NCBI GenBank assembly: GCA_041659205.1
Contig: JBAZYS010000002.1
Location: 1,627-65,626 of the forward strand
Length of the DNA: 64,000 nucleotides
Reading direction: 5' to 3'
Source of the DNA: Minisyncoccota bacterium
GTDB taxonomy: Bacteria; Patescibacteriota; Minisyncoccia; Phycocordibacterales; UBA9973
Shown in pieces: positions 28,627 through 37,848 of the stretch; within the stretch, counting starts at the first letter, position 1, and each line of letters opens with the position of its first letter. The notes beneath the pieces were generated by a model that saw only the letters and a list, made by a program, of their open reading frames with translations, was not told the origin of the DNA and made no database searches. A program made the translations under genes and the position numbers.

Positions 28627-28680
28627 TAAATTTGAAAAAAATATTATAAATTTACTTGTCCCGCTAAGCGGGGAAAAAAT

Positions 28681-28914
28681 ATGGAACCAGAAAAAAAATC
28701 AAATGGAGCCCTAATTGGATTAATTGTTATTGTTGTTATCCTTATCATAGGAGGAATCTATATGTGGCAATCAAAAGTAAAAACTACTTTAGAAGATAAA
28801 AAATTGCAAACAGAAAATGTGGTTCCTGCAGATGCTAATGAATTAAATGCGTTAGGCCAAACCATAGATACCACAGATACAAATGTGGGAGTAGATATAA
28901 CAACTGTAAAATAA
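28681..28914 (+). CDS. Small single-pass membrane protein
   Basis: 77 aa with one TM helix (ALIGLIVIVVILIIGGIYMW). A GC hairpin, CCCGCTAAGCGGG, lies 8 nt upstream of the ATG. Confidence 0.4.
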   Translation: MEPEKKSNGALIGLIVIVVILIIGGIYMWQSKVKTTLEDKKLQTENVVPADANELNALGQTIDTTDTNVGVDITTVK

Positions 28915-28994
28915 AATATCAAAATAAAAATCCCTGGAAACGGGGATTTTTATTTTGTTTTGACAAAAGACGCTCTTAAATATAGTATAGAGTC

Positions 28995-30059
28995 ATGTCT
29001 AAAATAACCATAAAAAAATTGCTAAAAAGTGAAGTGGAAATAGAAGGAGAAATAGATTCTGCTATTTTCGAGTCTTATTTCAATAAAGCATTAAAAAAAC
29101 TTGGAGAAAATATCAACCTAGCTGGTTTCAGAAAAGGAAAAATTCCAGAAAGTGTTTTACTTTCTAATATTCCAGAAATTAGTATCTTAGAAGAAATGGC
29201 GGAACTCGCGCTCGGTGAACATTACCCTAAAATTGTCGAGGAGGAAAAAATAGATGCCATCGGCCGCCCAGAAATCTCTATTACTAAACTAGCCCGCAAT
29301 AATCCACTTGGATTTAAAATTAAAACAGCAATATTGCCTACAATTAAACTTCCCGACTACAAAGAAGACGCTAAAAAAATAATATCGAAGATTACAGATG
29401 CTGAGAAAAATACCGAAGTCTCTCCTGAAGATTTAGAAAATACAATAATGGATATCAGAAAATCTCGTGCTCCAAAAATACACATGGCAGAGGAACATGA
29501 GCATACAGAGGGGGAGGAACATGTCCACCCAGAGCCTGAACTCCCAGAATTCAATGATGAATTTGTCCGAGCGATAGGGCCCTTTAAAGATGTAGCGGAT
29601 TTTAAAGATAAATTAAAAGAAAATATCAAACTAGAAAAAGAAAACCAATTAAAAGAAAAAACTCGATTAAAGATAATCGAAAAAATAATAGATGATAGCG
29701 AAGTAGAACTACCAAATCTTTTAGTTGAAATTGAGTTAGATAAAATCTTATATAAAATGGAATCCGACATCACTCAGATGGGCCTAAAATTTGAAGATTA
29801 TTTAAAACATCTAAATAAAACTGTGGAGGACTTGAGAAAAGATTTCAAAACTGATGCGGAGAAAAAAGCTAAATTCGCTCTTATCTTAAATGAAATCGCA
29901 AAAGTAGAAAAAATAGTCGCCGACGAAGAACAAGTAGCGATGGAAGTCGCAGCCATCCTGGAACACTATAAAGATGCAGACCCTGAGAGAGCTCGCATGC
30001 ATGCAGAAAATGTCCTTACAAATGAAAAAATCTTTCAGTTTTTGGAGAATCAAAAATAA
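28995..30059 (+). CDS. tig: Trigger factor (short form)
   Basis: N-terminal ribosome-binding signature GFRKGKIP; clpP lies downstream, the usual tig-clpP arrangement. Only 354 aa, so the PPIase domain seems reduced. Confidence 0.65.
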   Translation: MSKITIKKLLKSEVEIEGEIDSAIFESYFNKALKKLGENINLAGFRKGKIPESVLLSNIPEISILEEMAELALGEHYPKIVEEEKIDAIGRPEISITKLARNNPLGFKIKTAILPTIKLPDYKEDAKKIISKITDAEKNTEVSPEDLENTIMDIRKSRAPKIHMAEEHEHTEGEEHVHPEPELPEFNDEFVRAIGPFKDVADFKDKLKENIKLEKENQLKEKTRLKIIEKIIDDSEVELPNLLVEIELDKILYKMESDITQMGLKFEDYLKHLNKTVEDLRKDFKTDAEKKAKFALILNEIAKVEKIVADEEQVAMEVAAILEHYKDADPERARMHAENVLTNEKIFQFLENQK

Positions 30060-30073
30060 AAATATAGTTATTA

Positions 30074-30109
30074 AAAAAGCCCCGAAAGAAAATTCTTTCG
30101 GGGCTTTTT
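30074..30109. terminator. Bidirectional rho-independent terminator between the convergent tig gene and the 1208 aa gene
   Basis: AAAAAGCCCCGAAAGAAAATTCTTTCGGGGCTTTTT. Confidence 0.75.
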
Positions 30110-30124
30110 CTTAATTTAATAATT

Positions 30125-33100
30125 TTATTTACAATACTGATCCCAAGTAGGCTGAAAATTTACTCCACAATATTTAGAAGGATAATTTGTCTGACATTGA
30201 GTAGCTTCATAATATTTACAGTCGTAAGTAAGGGATTCACAACCCGTCAGACTTCCATGCGCTTGCTTCATCGTACCAGCTGCAATAAATCCATCAATAA
30301 CCTTTTCAAATGCAGTTCTTCCGCCAATCGAAGGAATGTTTTTATCACAGTAATTGACAAGACCCCCTTTGCCAGGAGAAACTAATCCTTTATATAGACC
30401 ATCCATGGTCTTAATAGTATTATCCCAGTCATATCCAGTCATCTTATAAAAGACTTCTCTGTACCCAAGACTATACCCACCGACAGGTGTATTGAGAAGT
30501 GTTTGTTCATGACCGGCTGGAGCATCATAGGTACTTGCATTCGTAGCCATTACACCCAGATTAGTATTTTGGTATGGATTAAGTCTTTTAATTTCTTTTG
30601 CTCCCAGGTAAGCCAAGGTACAAACATTTATACGACTAAACTCAGCCATTAGATGCTCATATCCATAACCGACTTGATACGCAGGATCCGCTTTAGCTTT
30701 TCCATTGATTGGGTACTGCACTAAATCTGCTGCATATTCAGCTTGCATTTGTGAACCTGGTTCCGTACAGCCATATTGATTATATCGGTCTAATTGTTTT
30801 TTTATCAAAGCATCCCACTGTTTCTGAGAAACGGAAAGTTTCCACTCATTTGCATCAATAGATGCTCGAGAAGGAATTGGAAGAGGATTTGCTTCTGCTA
30901 ATCGACGATAGAGACTAGCAGCTAGAACTTGAGTCGTTGCAGTTTCTCCTGCAAGAAGAGTCCCTCTTGGTAAGATATCCCCTGCTGGAAGAGATCCAAA
31001 TGCTCCAGCACTACCAGAAGCAAGTTCATCATAGACACGAGTGCATGAAGAGAATTCATATTCAAGAGGGAAATTTCCTTGTGCATCATTACAGAAACGT
31101 TTTGCTAAACGATCGAAACGTTGTCCGATAGTTTCTCCTGCAACGGATGCCCAGCGCATTGCATCGTCCCCAAGTGAAACTGGTGTCGAATAAGAAGCCC
31201 AAATAGGCGAACCACCAAAACCAGTGACAGTACACATAATCGGCAACAAACCATTTGTGACCACTCCGGCCTCTACTCTTCTTGTAGGTTGAACACCTGA
31301 TGATGTTTTTGGAAGTGGATTTGAAATATCTTTTTGTTTAGCTTGAGCAGAAACTTGAGAGATGGCTGTATATATTTCGGAATAAGGAACGTTATCACCA
31401 CATGAATAAACTTTAGCTGGTGGCACAGTTCCAGCATTGACCGTCACACTTCCACCTCCTGTTCTACCCAATCCTCCTGTGCAAACAAGTGTATAAGTAT
31501 GTGCGCCCTCAGCAAGTGCAGGAGTAGTATAAGTCCCAGCACCCTCAGTCGCACCTGACCAGTCTCCAGACTTTACACAACCAGAAGTCACATTGCTTGA
31601 TGTATAGGTAATGACCGATGTTCCTCCAACAGCAACTGTTACAGGTGAAGCAGAAATTGTAACTACCGGTGCGAGAGGTGTTTGAAAATCAACAACGTTC
31701 CCTGGTGGTGTGTTTGTGTTTGTATTTGATGTATTGCTATTCGTGTTTGAAGATGTATTGCTTGAAGTATTTGAACTGATAGATCCAGCCGCTTCAGCGT
31801 TCATTTCTGCTTTAGTAAATTTACCCACAAGCCCATCAACTTTTAGCCCATGTTTTTGTTGCCATGTTTTTATAACAACAGTAGTTTTTGGCCCTAGCTT
31901 ACCATCCAATACCAAACCAAGTCCTTCTCTGTCATTAAGAAATTTTTGCAATGCCACAACATATTGACCCTTGCTTCCTCTTCGGAGAGTTGCAGGACCA
32001 AAATCATAACTGGTAGGCTTGGGACCTGAAGTATTTTGTAAATTTTGTGCTGGAGGATTAACTGGTGGTGGAGTAGCAGGTGGTGGAGTTACTGGAGCGA
32101 TAGGAGGTACGGGAGTGGCACTTACAATACATGGCTTCCCTGAAATTGGATGAAATTTATCTCCAGGTAGACAACCTGCGAGCAAAGAGGTTCCACTTGT
32201 AGCACATGGCTTCCCCGTTATTGGATGAAACTTATCTCCAGGGGCACAACTTGTTGCAGTCGGAGTACCGGATCCCGTTGGGGTTACCACAATAGGATCA
32301 ATAATAAAGAAAGTTATAGCATTCGCAGCAATTACTGCATCCGAAGAACCAAAATTTAAACTAAGAACATATGAAGATGCACTTTTCGGAATAGTTGTTT
32401 CAACATAACAACTCTCAACATCTGAAAAAATACAATCCGCTGTTTTAACCATTGAATATACCTTACCTACTTTCCAAGAAAAGCTTCCTGAATTTGGAAC
32501 AGTAGTATAGCCTGGTGAAAGATAATATGTTTTATCTACTCCATTAACTTTACCAGCAACTGTTATGTTGCCAAACGTACTACCTGGAAATTTTGTTTTA
32601 TTCCAAGTAATATTTTGAGTTTTTCCAATTTGCCAAGAATTATTACTTGCTAAAGTATAAGCACTAGCACCTGCTCCCGTACCTGTCCCAGTGCCTCCGC
32701 TTGTTCCACCACTAGTTCCAGTCCCTGTTCCTGAACCGCTGCCAGTACCGCTCCCTATTCCTCCAACTGTAAAGGTAAATGGGGTACTAGAAAGAATAGT
32801 GCATGTTCCAGAACCTATACCACGGCACGCATCTTGATCAGACAAATTTTTAAGTGTAAGAGTATGCGTACCAGATGCAAGCGAAACATTAATCCCAGGG
32901 AAATTGTCTGCTTGATAAGTAGCAGGAAGAGAGAAACTAAAAGACGTTGATGATATTAAGGTAGGATTTAAGGTCTTAGTTTTTCCATAAACTCCCTCAT
33001 CTAGAACAACTGAAGTAACAAGAATAGAAGGGTCTAATATAATAAAGTTTGTACCAGTTACTGCAACAGCCGCACCAGCAACTGGTGTTACTGGAGAAAT

Positions 33101-33751
33101 ACTTGAAATGGTTGGTTTCTGTATTGCGACAGGAACATTAAGTTCACCTTTACTACCTTCACCAAAAGAATTCAGACAGGTAATAAAAAAATGATAATTG
33201 GGTGTGTGGAGAGGACCAACAGTTTCTGTTCCAGAAGTTAGACTTGAATTCCAATTTGGATGCTCAGCTAAAGGTAAACAAGAAGCAGCACCATGTGCAG
33301 CCCAAGTAATAGTCGTTGTTCCTCCTTCATTTACGGATGTTGGACTTGCGGTAATTGTAAATGTTGGCAGAGGACCCTGAGATGGAATGATTTCAACAGA
33401 ATTACTGTCAGAGGCTGTTCCACCTGGACCAGTACAGGTAATGCCGTAAGTGTGAAGTCCGAGAGCTGGTGTTATAAAATCATGACCGCTCTTTGCAATA
33501 ACATTAACCCCAGCGAGGTCTCCCGTACCAGTACAGCTCGTAGCATTCGTTAATACCCAGCTAACAGTAAAAGAATAACCATAGATAAGACGTGGTGGAG
33601 TATACTGACTTGCAGGATTTAAGGTTGTGATAATTCTAACCGTTGGAACAGCCTGCGCGTGAGCAACAGAAGTGAACATATGCCCTGCACTTAATAAAAC
33701 AACTAGAGAAAATAGAAAAATTTTAAGACTTTTAAATATTTTTATTGACAT
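30125..33751 (-). CDS. Giant secreted protein (1208 aa) with a peptidoglycan-binding (PG_binding_1-like) domain, Gly/Ser/Thr linkers, a duplicated GDKFHPITGKPC motif and a roughly 480 aa C-terminal domain of unknown function
   Basis: Signal peptide; segment GSKGQYVVALQKFLNDREGLGLVLDGKLGPKTTVVIKTWQQKHGLKVDGLVGKFT; low-complexity SNTSSNTSSNT and GSGTGSGSGTGTG tracts. Confidence 0.6.
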   Translation of the reverse strand: MSIKIFKSLKIFLFSLVVLLSAGHMFTSVAHAQAVPTVRIITTLNPASQYTPPRLIYGYSFTVSWVLTNATSCTGTGDLAGVNVIAKSGHDFITPALGLHTYGITCTGPGGTASDSNSVEIIPSQGPLPTFTITASPTSVNEGGTTTITWAAHGAASCLPLAEHPNWNSSLTSGTETVGPLHTPNYHFFITCLNSFGEGSKGELNVPVAIQKPTISSISPVTPVAGAAVAVTGTNFIILDPSILVTSVVLDEGVYGKTKTLNPTLISSTSFSFSLPATYQADNFPGINVSLASGTHTLTLKNLSDQDACRGIGSGTCTILSSTPFTFTVGGIGSGTGSGSGTGTGTSGGTSGGTGTGTGAGASAYTLASNNSWQIGKTQNITWNKTKFPGSTFGNITVAGKVNGVDKTYYLSPGYTTVPNSGSFSWKVGKVYSMVKTADCIFSDVESCYVETTIPKSASSYVLSLNFGSSDAVIAANAITFFIIDPIVVTPTGSGTPTATSCAPGDKFHPITGKPCATSGTSLLAGCLPGDKFHPISGKPCIVSATPVPPIAPVTPPPATPPPVNPPAQNLQNTSGPKPTSYDFGPATLRRGSKGQYVVALQKFLNDREGLGLVLDGKLGPKTTVVIKTWQQKHGLKVDGLVGKFTKAEMNAEAAGSISSNTSSNTSSNTNSNTSNTNTNTPPGNVVDFQTPLAPVVTISASPVTVAVGGTSVITYTSSNVTSGCVKSGDWSGATEGAGTYTTPALAEGAHTYTLVCTGGLGRTGGGSVTVNAGTVPPAKVYSCGDNVPYSEIYTAISQVSAQAKQKDISNPLPKTSSGVQPTRRVEAGVVTNGLLPIMCTVTGFGGSPIWASYSTPVSLGDDAMRWASVAGETIGQRFDRLAKRFCNDAQGNFPLEYEFSSCTRVYDELASGSAGAFGSLPAGDILPRGTLLAGETATTQVLAASLYRRLAEANPLPIPSRASIDANEWKLSVSQKQWDALIKKQLDRYNQYGCTEPGSQMQAEYAADLVQYPINGKAKADPAYQVGYGYEHLMAEFSRINVCTLAYLGAKEIKRLNPYQNTNLGVMATNASTYDAPAGHEQTLLNTPVGGYSLGYREVFYKMTGYDWDNTIKTMDGLYKGLVSPGKGGLVNYCDKNIPSIGGRTAFEKVIDGFIAAGTMKQAHGSLTGCESLTYDCKYYEATQCQTNYPSKYCGVNFQPTWDQYCK

Positions 33752-33866
33752 AAAATGTAATGATTAAAACTATTTATAATCTATCTATTATATCATAGTA
33801 AAATATCAAAAAAACATCCCAAAAGGATAAACTTGAAAAATTATCAAAAAGATATATTATAAGGAT

Positions 33867-34472
33867 ATGCTTATACCTACAGTTATAGAAAAATCACAAT
33901 TTGGAGAGAGGGCTTATGATATATATTCCCGTCTTTTACGAGAACGTATCGTATTTTTAGCAGGTCCAATAGACGACCACACAGCAAACATTATCATTGC
34001 CCAACTTCTCTTCCTCGAATCCGAAGATGCAAAAAAGGATGTCTTCCTTTATATAAATTCTCCTGGTGGTTCCGTCACCTCCACGATGGCTATTGTAGAC
34101 ACGATGAACCATGTTCGACCCGATATCTCCACTTTTTGTGTCGGGCTCGCCGCTTCTGGCGCAGCGATTATTTTATCCGCAGGTAAGAAAGGTAAACGTT
34201 ACATTTTACCAAATGCAGAAGTAATGATTCACCAACCCTTGGGCGGAGTAGAAGGCCAAGCAACAGACATAGAAATCACTGCAAAGCATATTTTGAAAAC
34301 AAGAGACAATTTAAATAAACTTCTAGCAAAAAATACAGGAAAACTCCTCTCCCAGCTTGAAAAAGATGTGGAAAGAGACTTTTTTATGGACGCAACCGAG
34401 GCCAAAAAATACGGCATTATTGACGAAATAGTCACTAAATCTAAAAACCCTTCCCCAAAAGAAACCAACTAG
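33867..34472 (+). CDS. clpP: ATP-dependent Clp protease proteolytic subunit
   Basis: 201 aa with the ClpP catalytic-triad context ([22 protein letters not shown]). Confidence 0.85.
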   Translation: MLIPTVIEKSQFGERAYDIYSRLLRERIVFLAGPIDDHTANIIIAQLLFLESEDAKKDVFLYINSPGGSVTSTMAIVDTMNHVRPDISTFCVGLAASGAAIILSAGKKGKRYILPNAEVMIHQPLGGVEGQATDIEITAKHILKTRDNLNKLLAKNTGKLLSQLEKDVERDFFMDATEAKKYGIIDEIVTKSKNPSPKETN

Positions 34473-34670
34473 ACATAACTCTCTTTGTTTGTTATACTTT
34501 AGACGTTGAATTTTAAAAATTATTTCGTTTAATTTATAGTTGGTTCGCAGGAATATCCCATATATTATGAAGTTTTTAAAGAAAAATTTGCAAATCTTTA
34601 CTCGATTTTTTCCAGCAAGGAAACAAAACTAAAATATAGTGGTTTGTTCTTGTAAGCTCGCTCAAAGCTT

Positions 34671-36200
34671 ATGAGTATAACAATAGTAATTACAATCGGA
34701 GTCGTAGCACTCCTTTTGGGTGTGGGGATAGGATACTATCTTCGCCTAATCATTGCATTAGGGAAAAGAAGATCTATAGAAATAGACATCAAGCAAATGA
34801 TGGTCGGTGCAAAAGAAGAAGCGCAAAAGATTACCGATGAAGCAAAGAAGAAGTCGGAAGAACAACTCGCATATCTAAAAGAAGAAGAGAAAAAGAAAGA
34901 AAATGAGTTTAAAGAAACAGAAAAAAGGCTCATCAAGAAAGACGAATTTCTAGACTCGCGTCAGGTTGAAGTAAATAAAGAAGTCGAAGGGATTAAAATC
35001 AAAGTAGAAGAAATCAAAAAAATCCAAGAAAAAGTATCTAAAATAGAAGCAGAAAAAATAATTGAACTTGAAAGAGTTGCAAAGTTAACAGAAATTGAGG
35101 CAAAAGATGAACTCTTGAAAGACGTTGAGAAAAAATACGAAGAAGATATATTAATCAGAATTCAAAAACTAGAAAATTCTAATGAGGAAAAATTAGACCG
35201 AAGAGCAAAAGACATTTTAGCTACTTCTATTCAGCGTCTCGCTTCCAGTACTGCCTCAGAACTAATGACGACCGTCGTCTCTATTCCAAACAATGAAATA
35301 AAGGGAAAGATAATAGGAAAAGAAGGCCGAAATATCCGAGCATTCGAGAGAGCTTCCGGAGTTGAACTCATCGTGGACGATACACCTGGCTCAATCGTTA
35401 TTTCTTCATTCGACCCTATTAGAAGACAAGTTGCTAGACTCGCACTTGAAAACTTAATCTTAGATGGACGCATCCAACCAGCTAAAATAGAAGAACTCGT
35501 AGATAAAGCAAAAGAGGAAATCAATAAAATCATCAAAGAAAAAGGTGAACAAGCAGTCTATGAATGTGGAATATTCAACTTTGATCCACGCATCATCGCA
35601 ATCGTTGGAAGATTATATTTCCGAACAAGTTATGGACAAAATGTTCTTCAGCACTCTATAGAAATGGCCCACATAGCTGGAATGCTCGCAGAAGAACTCG
35701 GTGCAGACGTTGCTATCGCAAAAGCCGGAGCACTTGTCCATGACATCGGTAAAGCTCTCGATCATGAAGTTCAGGGAACCCACATTGAGATAGGAATGCG
35801 CATCTTGCAGAAGTTCGGTGCTGATGAACGCATCATAACTGCAATGAAAAGCCACCATGAGGACTATCCTTATGAAACTATTGAATCAATCATCGTCCAG
35901 ACAGCTGACGCCATCTCTGGTGGCCGCCCTGGTGCACGTCGTGACTCAGTGGAAAACTACCTAAAGAGACTTCAGGAACTTGAAGCCCTTGTAAACGGCT
36001 TCCCTGCTGTCGAGAAATCATATGCTTTACAAGCTGGCCGAGAAATCCGCATATTTGTTACTCCAGAAAAGATTTCTGATGCCGAAGCAAAACTTATGGC
36101 TCGTGATATTGCTATTAAAATAGAACAAGAACTCAAATACCCTGGAGAAATCAAGGTCACAATGATTCGTGAAACAAGAATCATTGAATATGCTCGCTAG
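34671..36200 (+). CDS. rny: Ribonuclease Y
   Basis: N-terminal TM helix, coiled-coil, a KH domain (IGKEGRNIRAFE) and an HD domain (HSIEMAHIAG...LVHDIGK). Confidence 0.85.
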   Translation: MSITIVITIGVVALLLGVGIGYYLRLIIALGKRRSIEIDIKQMMVGAKEEAQKITDEAKKKSEEQLAYLKEEEKKKENEFKETEKRLIKKDEFLDSRQVEVNKEVEGIKIKVEEIKKIQEKVSKIEAEKIIELERVAKLTEIEAKDELLKDVEKKYEEDILIRIQKLENSNEEKLDRRAKDILATSIQRLASSTASELMTTVVSIPNNEIKGKIIGKEGRNIRAFERASGVELIVDDTPGSIVISSFDPIRRQVARLALENLILDGRIQPAKIEELVDKAKEEINKIIKEKGEQAVYECGIFNFDPRIIAIVGRLYFRTSYGQNVLQHSIEMAHIAGMLAEELGADVAIAKAGALVHDIGKALDHEVQGTHIEIGMRILQKFGADERIITAMKSHHEDYPYETIESIIVQTADAISGGRPGARRDSVENYLKRLQELEALVNGFPAVEKSYALQAGREIRIFVTPEKISDAEAKLMARDIAIKIEQELKYPGEIKVTMIRETRIIEYAR

Positions 36201-36216
36201 AAAATATTATAAATAC

Positions 36217-36300
36217 AACTTTTAAAGGGGGTTTCGAGGCTGACGAGCCGAGAACTTCAGGATTTCTTAAGCTTCAAGAAATCCGTACCCTTTAAAAGTT
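36217..36300 (+). repeat. Structured intergenic element, copy 3
   Basis: AACTTTTAAAGGGGGTTTCGAG-[GCTGACGAGCC]-GAGAACTTCAG-[GATTTCTTAAGCTTCAAGAAATC]-CGTACCCTTTAAAAGTT. The outer stem covaries (TTTAAAGGG/CCCTTTAAA). Confidence 0.7.
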
Positions 36301-36456
36301 AGTATTTATTATAAATTTTCTAAACTATACAAACACTTGCCTTAAAAAACCCTTGATATATAATGTATGGGTATCAATAATAAGGGTTAAATGTCACGCC
36401 AAAGGCGGACAGGGTCGAAGGATTATAAAATTATAAAAATAACTTATAAAAAACAC

Positions 36457-36729
36457 ATGAATAAACAAGCATTAGCTGAATTAGTACATGGAAAGCTCGG
36501 TGGTACAAAAGTACAAGCTGAGGAAATCGTTGACTCATTATTTGACGCTATCATCCAAACATTAAAAAAGGGAGGTGAAGTTTCAATCGCAGGTTTTGGT
36601 ATCTTTTCTGTAAAGGCAAGAGCTGCAAGAATGGCTCGCAATCCAAAGACTGGAGAGCAAGTAAAAGTAGCTGCAAAGAAAGTTCCAAAATTCCGAGCTG
36701 CAAAAGGTTTGAAAGACATGGTTGCTTAA
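36457..36729 (+). CDS. hup: DNA-binding protein HU
   Basis: MNKQALAELVHGKLGGTKVQAEEIVDSLFDAI...GFGIFSVKARAARMARNPKTGEQVKV: HU/IHF fold. The internal Met at 36457 is preferred over the ORF-track start at 36391. Confidence 0.8.
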   Translation: MNKQALAELVHGKLGGTKVQAEEIVDSLFDAIIQTLKKGGEVSIAGFGIFSVKARAARMARNPKTGEQVKVAAKKVPKFRAAKGLKDMVA

Positions 36730-36734
36730 TTTTT

Positions 36735-36754
36735 ACCTGTCTGCGCAGGCAGGT
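36735..36754. repeat. GC-rich palindrome ACCTGTCTGCGCAGGCAGGT (family member)
   Basis: Near-perfect 20 bp palindrome just 3' of hup. It is the reverse complement of the copy in rnhA. Confidence 0.6.
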
Positions 36755-36769
36755 CTCGAGATAAAAATA

Positions 36770-36805
36770 AAAACACCCCAAACGAAAGTAAGGGGTGTTT
36801 TTATT
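36770..36805 (+). terminator. Rho-independent terminator of hup
   Basis: AAACACCCC-AAACGAAAGTAA-GGGGTGTTTTT. Confidence 0.7.
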
Positions 36806-36830
36806 TTTATCTAGATTTTTTGGAATATAT

Positions 36831-36912
36831 CTTTTGAAGGGGGTTTCGAGGCTGACGAGCCGAGAACTTCAGAATTTTTTAAGCTTCAAAAAATTCGTGC
36901 CCGAAAAAAGTT
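36831..36912 (+). repeat. Structured intergenic element, copy 4
   Basis: CTTTTGAAGGGGGTTTCGAG-[GCTGACGAGCC]-GAGAACTTCAG-[AATTTTTTAAGCTTCAAAAAATT]-CGTGCCCGAAAAAAGTT. Confidence 0.7.
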
Positions 36913-36926
36913 ATATTCCAAAAAAT

Positions 36927-37493
36927 CTAATATTTTCGAATCACCGCTTTCAAAACTGCATTTATGTTTAAAGAGTGCACAGGATAGATTGGTTTATAGT
37001 TTTTATTCGCTGGCTCGAGCCATACTTTTGCCCCAACTTTACGAAAGTATTTCATCGTAAACTCCCCATCCACTTCAGCGATGACTATCTGCATATCTTT
37101 CGCAGCAGTCGCTTTCTCTACGAGCACCATATCTCCCTTTTCAATGTGCGCGTCGATCATAGAGTCACCGTCGACTTCAAGCATATATGTCAGTGATTTA
37201 TTTTTTATTAAAAGGTCATCTAGCTTTATTGTATCTACCAATTCCTCTTCCACTGTGGCTGGAAATCCTGCGGTAACAAAACCAAGCATTGGCACTTCTC
37301 CGAAGGTTTCAGCTGGAATAAGTCTACCCAAATGATCTTTCCCTACGAGCCCTGCCTCTATTAATTTCTCCACAACTTTAAATACAGCATTTTTTGATTT
37401 GAAATTAAAGAGCTTCAGCATTTCAGAATATGTCGGCATCCTTTTATTGTCTCCGTAGAATGACTCTAATTTTAGCTGATAGGTATTCTTCAT
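36927..37493 (-). CDS. lexA: LexA repressor (S24 peptidase)
   Basis: N-terminal winged HTH; C-terminal S24 motifs (VDGDSMIDAHIEKGDMVLV ... KYFRK). Confidence 0.85.
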   Translation of the reverse strand: MKNTYQLKLESFYGDNKRMPTYSEMLKLFNFKSKNAVFKVVEKLIEAGLVGKDHLGRLIPAETFGEVPMLGFVTAGFPATVEEELVDTIKLDDLLIKNKSLTYMLEVDGDSMIDAHIEKGDMVLVEKATAAKDMQIVIAEVDGEFTMKYFRKVGAKVWLEPANKNYKPIYPVHSLNINAVLKAVIRKY

Positions 37494-37496
37494 AAA

Positions 37497-37703
37497 TTAG
37501 AACTGAAGACGAGAACTAAAAAGTGTTGGAAAAAATCTACTAAAGAAGCTTCTTCTAGAATGATAACGAACTTTTTTCAAAAGTAATTTGTGCTCTCTCG
37601 CCTCCTTCATATAGTTTCTCCCTTCTAAGATTTTTAGATCAATCTTTTTATTGATCCTTTGAATCTCTTTATCTAACATTTTTAAATATTGTGATTGTGA
37701 CAT
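37497..37703 (-). CDS. Small coiled-coil protein encoded first in the lexA operon
   Basis: 68 aa (MSQSQYLKMLDKEIQRINKKIDLKILEGRNYMKEAREHKLLLKK...), 3 nt upstream of lexA and co-oriented, downstream of the LexA-box promoter. Confidence 0.4.
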   Translation of the reverse strand: MSQSQYLKMLDKEIQRINKKIDLKILEGRNYMKEAREHKLLLKKVRYHSRRSFFSRFFPTLFSSRLQF

Positions 37704-37776
37704 TGCTTTATGCTACTTATTGTTACTAATTTCGGCTTGCTTCCGCCAGAGGCGGACAGGCATGTAAATAGTATAA

Positions 37777-37792
37777 GTGAACGAGCGTTCAC
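37777..37792 (-). promoter_or_regulatory. LexA operator (Cheo box, GAAC-N4-GTTC) in the spacer of a sigma70-type promoter
   Basis: Minus strand reads TTGACA-GTGAACGCTCGTTCACT-TATACT: -35 at 37793-37798, a 17 nt spacer containing the palindrome GTGAACGCTCGTTCAC, and -10 at 37770-37775. Confidence 0.75.
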
Positions 37793-37848
37793 TGTCAACA
37801 ATCCCCCTGTGGATAACTAATTATTCACCCCTTCGACTTTGCTCAGGA

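Noticed and set aside
37494-37560. GAAC...GAAC direct repeat just upstream of lexA, considered as the LexA box
   Set aside because: It is a direct rather than a palindromic GAAC-N4-GTTC repeat. The genuine Cheo box is at 37777-37792 within the promoter spacer further upstream.
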